From the IMG/VR virus record IMGVR_UViG_3300030002_000003, positions 29,236 through 93,235 of that record: a stretch of DNA of 64,000 nucleotides; one strand, given 5' to 3'. Positions 59,821-64,000 of this stretch are shown piece after piece. How positions within the stretch are numbered: the first letter of the stretch is position 1; each line of letters opens with the position of its first letter. Origin of the DNA: a virus. The position numbers and the translations under genes are program-made. The notes under the pieces were generated by a model. That model was given only the letters and a program-made list of their open reading frames with translations. It was not told where the DNA came from and ran no database searches.

Positions 59821-60194
59821 CGTTCCCAATTTGTCTGTGCTTGGCATCGATGTTTGCTTATATAGTATGGTCTCTAGACAATATAGCTTACAAGCGAGCA
59901 CACATAAAGGACCTAGAAGAATCGTATTCTAAGCTACTGTCTCAAAAGAAATCGTCTGAAGTTAGACTTGGTCAGATATCAGAGAACTTAGCTCCATTTC
60001 TAAAGGAATTTAAATACGATCCAAAGAAATGTCACTTTCTTGGAAACCCTATAGATTACGTTATATTTGAGGAAGATAAGATAGTATTTCTAGAAATCAA
60101 ATCAGGGGAGTCTACTCTAAGTAGCACTCAAAGGAATATACGAGACCTCATAAAAGACGGTAAAGTATATTTCGATCAAATGAGAATTAAATAA
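59805..60194 (+). CDS. Holliday-junction-resolvase-like endonuclease with N-terminal TM helix
   Basis: GQISENLAPF, FLGNPIDYVIF, FLEIKSG and QRNIRD. Confidence 0.75.
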   Translation: MLPFIAFPICLCLASMFAYIVWSLDNIAYKRAHIKDLEESYSKLLSQKKSSEVRLGQISENLAPFLKEFKYDPKKCHFLGNPIDYVIFEEDKIVFLEIKSGESTLSSTQRNIRDLIKDGKVYFDQMRIK

Positions 60195-60202
60195 ATAATA
60201 TC

Positions 60203-60361
60203 ATGTCAGACGTGTTCTTAGTACTATTAGGAATGGCAGCAGCTCAATTAATTATAACTCCATACGTGATATGGATGTCATATGAAATTGGGAAATTACA
60301 GAAAGAAGTTAAACGTTTAGTTGTACTCGAAGGAATACAACATAAAACAACAATTAAATAA
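60203..60361 (+). CDS. Small membrane protein (52 aa)
   Basis: MSDVFLVLLGMAAAQLIITPYVIWM... Confidence 0.5.
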   Translation: MSDVFLVLLGMAAAQLIITPYVIWMSYEIGKLQKEVKRLVVLEGIQHKTTIK

Positions 60362-60370
60362 ATACGTTTA
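60343..60370 (+). promoter_or_regulatory. ECF-type promoter P4 (TAAAAC-N16-CGTTTA)
   Basis: AAC at 60346-60348 and CGTT at 60365-60368; upstream of the terminase operon. Confidence 0.65.
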
Positions 60371-60436
60371 TAACTCAAACTAATTAATTAGTATATTAGT
60401 AAACCCTTTTTTAAACACTAAATATATAATAATAAG

Positions 60437-60568
60437 ATGGAAAATCAAATGACAATCAACTCTATATCATGCCTATCGGCATCAATAGATGCACTTAATA
60501 GGGCTGGAGAAGGAGCTGCAATTGCAGTGGTCGTTGCAAAACTCCTTGAGTTAATCAAAGAGTTATAG
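60437..60568 (+). CDS. Small hypothetical protein (43 aa)
   Basis: MENQMTINSISCLSASIDALNRAGEG...KEL. Confidence 0.5.
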   Translation: MENQMTINSISCLSASIDALNRAGEGAAIAVVVAKLLELIKEL

Positions 60569-60592
60569 ACATTTAAACACATAAATTAAATT

Positions 60593-60859
60593 ATGAATAA
60601 GAATAAAAAGAACCAGGTGCCTGCAGTTGAAAAGCTAGTATTGACTCCTACAAAACAAGAAGTTGTTACTCCAGTTATAGAAGAGGTTAAAGCAGTAGCT
60701 AAACCAAAATATAAACACAAACGCAAAATCAACATTACAAACACTCCAGTTGCAGTACAAGTTATTGCTGAGCCAGTAGTAATTAAAGTAGTATTAAAAC
60801 CTAATTGGTTCAAAGCATTGATCGCTAAAATCAAAGCCTTTTTTACTAAGAAAAAATAA
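60593..60859 (+). CDS. Lys/Val/Pro-rich small protein
   Basis: 88-aa ORF with an amphipathic C-terminal helix. Confidence 0.6.
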   Translation: MNKNKKNQVPAVEKLVLTPTKQEVVTPVIEEVKAVAKPKYKHKRKINITNTPVAVQVIAEPVVIKVVLKPNWFKALIAKIKAFFTKKK

Positions 60860-60877
60860 AAACTGTTTGTCATCCAA

Positions 60878-63800
60878 ATGATTAATTTTAATAAAAAGAT
60901 AATCAACCCAAACAAGTTTAGAACACCGTGCATGCATTTCCAGCAGCACGGTGTTTACTGTTTCTATCCACATGGTACTACAGAGTACTTGAATTTTTGG
61001 GAAAAGGAGTCAGACTATTGTATAAACGGGTTTACTTCAGCGGACGGAGATTGGATAAGTGGTTATAACTACTGGTATCTAAACTACTGTCCTATTCTGC
61101 GTTTAGTGGAGTTCGAGTATAAAGATAAGCATGGTAATATAAAGAAACGTAGAGAGAAGACTAGAGAGTTTCCAGACTTCTATGACTACGACTACTATTA
61201 CTTTTTAGGCGTAGATGAAGCTGAAGAAGAAGGTAAGCATATGGTCGTTTTAAAGGCCCGTGGTAAAGGCTTCTCATTCAAGGGTTCTGCAATGCTAGTT
61301 AGGAATTTCTATCACGTACCAGAGTCTAAATCATACGCTATAGCCTCTGAATCAGAGTACTTAGTAAGGGATGGTATATTATCTAAGGCTTGGGACCTAA
61401 TGGACTTTGTAGATGAACATACTGCATGGGCTAAGAAGAGACAAGCAGTTAATACTAAGATCCATAAGAGAGCGTCTATACTTACTACTGATGCTATGGG
61501 CAATAAGATAGAGGTAGGGTATAAATCAGAGATAATAGGAGTTACGCTTAAGAATGATGCCAACAAGGCTCGTGGTAAACGTGGTAAATTAATACTATTT
61601 GAAGAAGCCGGTTCATTTAAAGATATTCTACAAGCATGGCAAATTGCTAGACCTTCTGTAGAGGAAGATGGTATTGCCTTTGGATTGATGATTGCATTTG
61701 GTACTGGTGGTGATGAAGCTAGTAGATTCGATGGACTAAAAGAACTATTCTATAATCCATCTGGCTACAATGTAAAAGCATTCCCTAATATATGGGATGA
61801 TGGAGCATCTGGGAATACATGTGCATTCTTTGTTCCAGTATACGCGAATATGTCTGTACTTAGCCCTGACGGTAAACGTCTATTCATGGATAAGTATGGT
61901 AATACTATTCGTGATAAAGCAATAGATTATTCGCTAGAACAAAGACAAAGAGTAATAGATGGATCGTCTGACTCTAGAGCGATAGATAGATATATAGCAG
62001 AGAATCCTATAACGCCTCAGGAGGCTGTTTTAGAGCTCACAGGGAACATATTTCCCAAGAAAGAACTAATGATCCAGCTAGCATCTTTGCGTACGAATAA
62101 GAAGCTCCAGAACTTTAAACAGGTGGGTGATTTAAACTTTATCAATGGCGAGTTGATGTGGACGCCTAAAAAGAATGGAGATATAACCAAATATCCATTA
62201 GGAAAGGATGATGCGCATACGGGATCTATAGTAATATGGGAACACCCAGTTAAAGATGCGCCACATGCATTATATATAGCAGGCTGTCTTACTCCAGGAG
62301 AAAAAGTGTTGACGGAAGAGGGATTGATGAATGTAGAGGACGTAAGTCGATCTAGGCTAGTAGATATAGATGGTAATTATGTAAATCCTAAAGCGTTGTT
62401 GAGATACGAAAAAGAAGATGAAGATATATATAAGATAAGGGTATCTAATACGTATAGGGCGACTACATTTACTAAAGAGCACCCAATATACTCATCCAAA
62501 CACATATTAAATAAACAGAATATGGTTGACGAGAGTTTATTTAATTTCGAGTTTAATAAGGCATCAAGTATAAATGTTGGCGACTGGGTTAAGTACCCAA
62601 ATCTGTATTATAATGGCGATGATAAGGCGAATTCTGATGATGTAAACAATCTGAGGTGGCTCACTGGATTATGGCTTGGAGATGGCTGGACAAAAGGCAA
62701 TCGCATATACATAGCATTTGATATTGCCAATGTGGCTCAAATAGATAGACTCAAGGACTATGTAATAAATGGATTAAAGTCTACATTCAGCCAAAGGATA
62801 AGAAATAATTCTATTGAGTTCTCATTTTATCAAAAAACAGTAGCGTTCTATTTTAATTATTTCTATGGTAAATATGCTCATGGAAAAAAGATTACAGAGC
62901 TTTCTAAAAGATCTTTTAACAATGAAGAGAAGGCGAATTTAATTGCTGGCTATTTAGATTCTGATGGATGTGTTTGCATTGATAAAAGGGGCTATTATTC
63001 AATGGAGTTCGTTAGCTGTAATTTAGATTTGATAGAATCATTTCACGATCTAGCGTTCTCTATTGGACTTGTCGGTAATGTATCTAAATTAAGGAGTGCT
63101 GGAAAATACAATATAGATGGACGCTCTGGAGATCAAAAGGAAGCATATCATCTTAGATTTGGACATAACGACACTATCAAATTTGCAGAGATGCTTAACT
63201 TTGATAGTAGGACTAAATTATCTGTTATAGATAGGACTAATATAAAGACCACTAGGAATAGGCCAAAATCAGGATGTTTTCTTAGTTCAGATATGAAATA
63301 TATCTACTTTCAAATAAAAGATATTGATCATAGTAAATACACCGGTACTGTATATAATTTTGAAACAGATACCCACACATTCTGCTCCTATCATGTACCT
63401 ACACATAACTGTGACCCATATGACCACGATAAGGCTGGCACTAACTCATTAGGGTCTACATTCATATACAAGCGATTTCAGAACTTTGAATCGTATTATG
63501 ATATGCTAGTTGCTGAATATACTGGTAGACCTGATACTGCAGAAGACTATTACGAGAATGTTCGCAAGCTTCTAATGTACTATAATGCTAGGCTTCTATA
63601 TGAAAATGAGCGTAAAGGCATATTCCCTTACTTTACTCAAAAGCATTGTGATTACTTACTAGCAGATCAGCCAGATATTATAAATGATATTATTGGCAAG
63701 TCTACGGTTCAACGCAGGAAGGGTATTCACATGAATGTCCAGATCAAGGATTACGGAGAAGGGCTTATAAAAGAATGGCTAAATGAAGAGTTTGCTCCAG

Positions 63801-64000
63801 GAAAGAAGAACTTAACAAAGATAATGTCAGAAGCACTACTAGAAGAACTTATACAGTACAATACTAAAGGAAACTTCGATAGGGTAATAGCACTGATAAT
63901 GGTAATGATATACAGGCTTCAAATGCATAATACATATGTAAAGAAGCGTGATTCAGAATCCAAAAAGATTAACTTATTTGATAAGCCACTATTCTCTAAA
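60878..64000 (+). CDS. terL: Terminase large subunit, intein-containing, 3'-truncated
   Basis: ATG at 60878, open to the window end; Walker A LKARGKGFS, Walker B LILFEEAG, FGTGG, nuclease YIAG/CDPYD and GNFDRV. Confidence 0.93.
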   Translation, partial: MINFNKKIINPNKFRTPCMHFQQHGVYCFYPHGTTEYLNFWEKESDYCINGFTSADGDWISGYNYWYLNYCPILRLVEFEYKDKHGNIKKRREKTREFPDFYDYDYYYFLGVDEAEEEGKHMVVLKARGKGFSFKGSAMLVRNFYHVPESKSYAIASESEYLVRDGILSKAWDLMDFVDEHTAWAKKRQAVNTKIHKRASILTTDAMGNKIEVGYKSEIIGVTLKNDANKARGKRGKLILFEEAGSFKDILQAWQIARPSVEEDGIAFGLMIAFGTGGDEASRFDGLKELFYNPSGYNVKAFPNIWDDGASGNTCAFFVPVYANMSVLSPDGKRLFMDKYGNTIRDKAIDYSLEQRQRVIDGSSDSRAIDRYIAENPITPQEAVLELTGNIFPKKELMIQLASLRTNKKLQNFKQVGDLNFINGELMWTPKKNGDITKYPLGKDDAHTGSIVIWEHPVKDAPHALYIAGCLTPGEKVLTEEGLMNVEDVSRSRLVDIDGNYVNPKALLRYEKEDEDIYKIRVSNTYRATTFTKEHPIYSSKHILNKQNMVDESLFNFEFNKASSINVGDWVKYPNLYYNGDDKANSDDVNNLRWLTGLWLGDGWTKGNRIYIAFDIANVAQIDRLKDYVINGLKSTFSQRIRNNSIEFSFYQKTVAFYFNYFYGKYAHGKKITELSKRSFNNEEKANLIAGYLDSDGCVCIDKRGYYSMEFVSCNLDLIESFHDLAFSIGLVGNVSKLRSAGKYNIDGRSGDQKEAYHLRFGHNDTIKFAEMLNFDSRTKLSVIDRTNIKTTRNRPKSGCFLSSDMKYIYFQIKDIDHSKYTGTVYNFETDTHTFCSYHVPTHNCDPYDHDKAGTNSLGSTFIYKRFQNFESYYDMLVAEYTGRPDTAEDYYENVRKLLMYYNARLLYENERKGIFPYFTQKHCDYLLADQPDIINDIIGKSTVQRRKGIHMNVQIKDYGEGLIKEWLNEEFAPGKKNLTKIMSEALLEELIQYNTKGNFDRVIALIMVMIYRLQMHNTYVKKRDSESKKINLFDKPLFSK
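62285..63409 (+). mobile_element. Intein (375 aa) with LAGLIDADG homing endonuclease
   Basis: Starts CLTPGEKV; block B FTKEHP; WLTGLWLGDG and LIAGYLDSDG; ends VYNFET...PTHN with +1 Cys. Confidence 0.93.

Noticed and set aside
60586-61566. Minus-strand ORFs 60586-60933 and 61312-61566
   Set aside because: Shadows of 60593-60859 and of the terminase gene.
1-64000. CRISPR array, integrase, transposase or reverse transcriptase/DGR
   Set aside because: No regularly spaced repeats or diagnostic motifs were seen.

Overview
About 64 kb of an AT-rich, crAss-like (Crassvirales) phage genome, probably from a Bacteroidota host, read in the standard genetic code. It has three blocks. (1) 1-23264 (+): virion ejection/cargo genes, including a 4522-aa virion RNA polymerase (DFDID motif) and a 2111-aa polyvalent protein with ADP-ribosyltransferase-like, zincin-like and GNAT-like segments. 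(2) 23328-52719 (-): early/replication block with a PD-(D/E)XK exonuclease, M28-like peptidase, an apparently inactivated DNA ligase homologue, primase, AAA ATPase, DnaB helicase, an ECF sigma factor and many small genes, but no recognisable DNA polymerase. This block holds a large RNA-gene complement: a circularly permuted (two-piece) tmRNA, tRNA-Arg(UCU) and tRNA-Glu(UUC) both with an A19-U56 elbow swap, three anticodon-less tRNA mimics, a 6S-like rod and two ORF-free structured tracts of 1.8 and 1.3 kb. (3) 53672-64000 (+): GroES-like, RNase HI, dUTPase, two nucleases and a terminase large subunit that is missing from the ORF track and carries a 375-aa LAGLIDADG intein. Four AAC-N16-CGTT motifs in this block match ECF-sigma promoters, suggesting the phage sigma drives it. 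All calls come from reading motifs by eye; no searches or folding programs were run.
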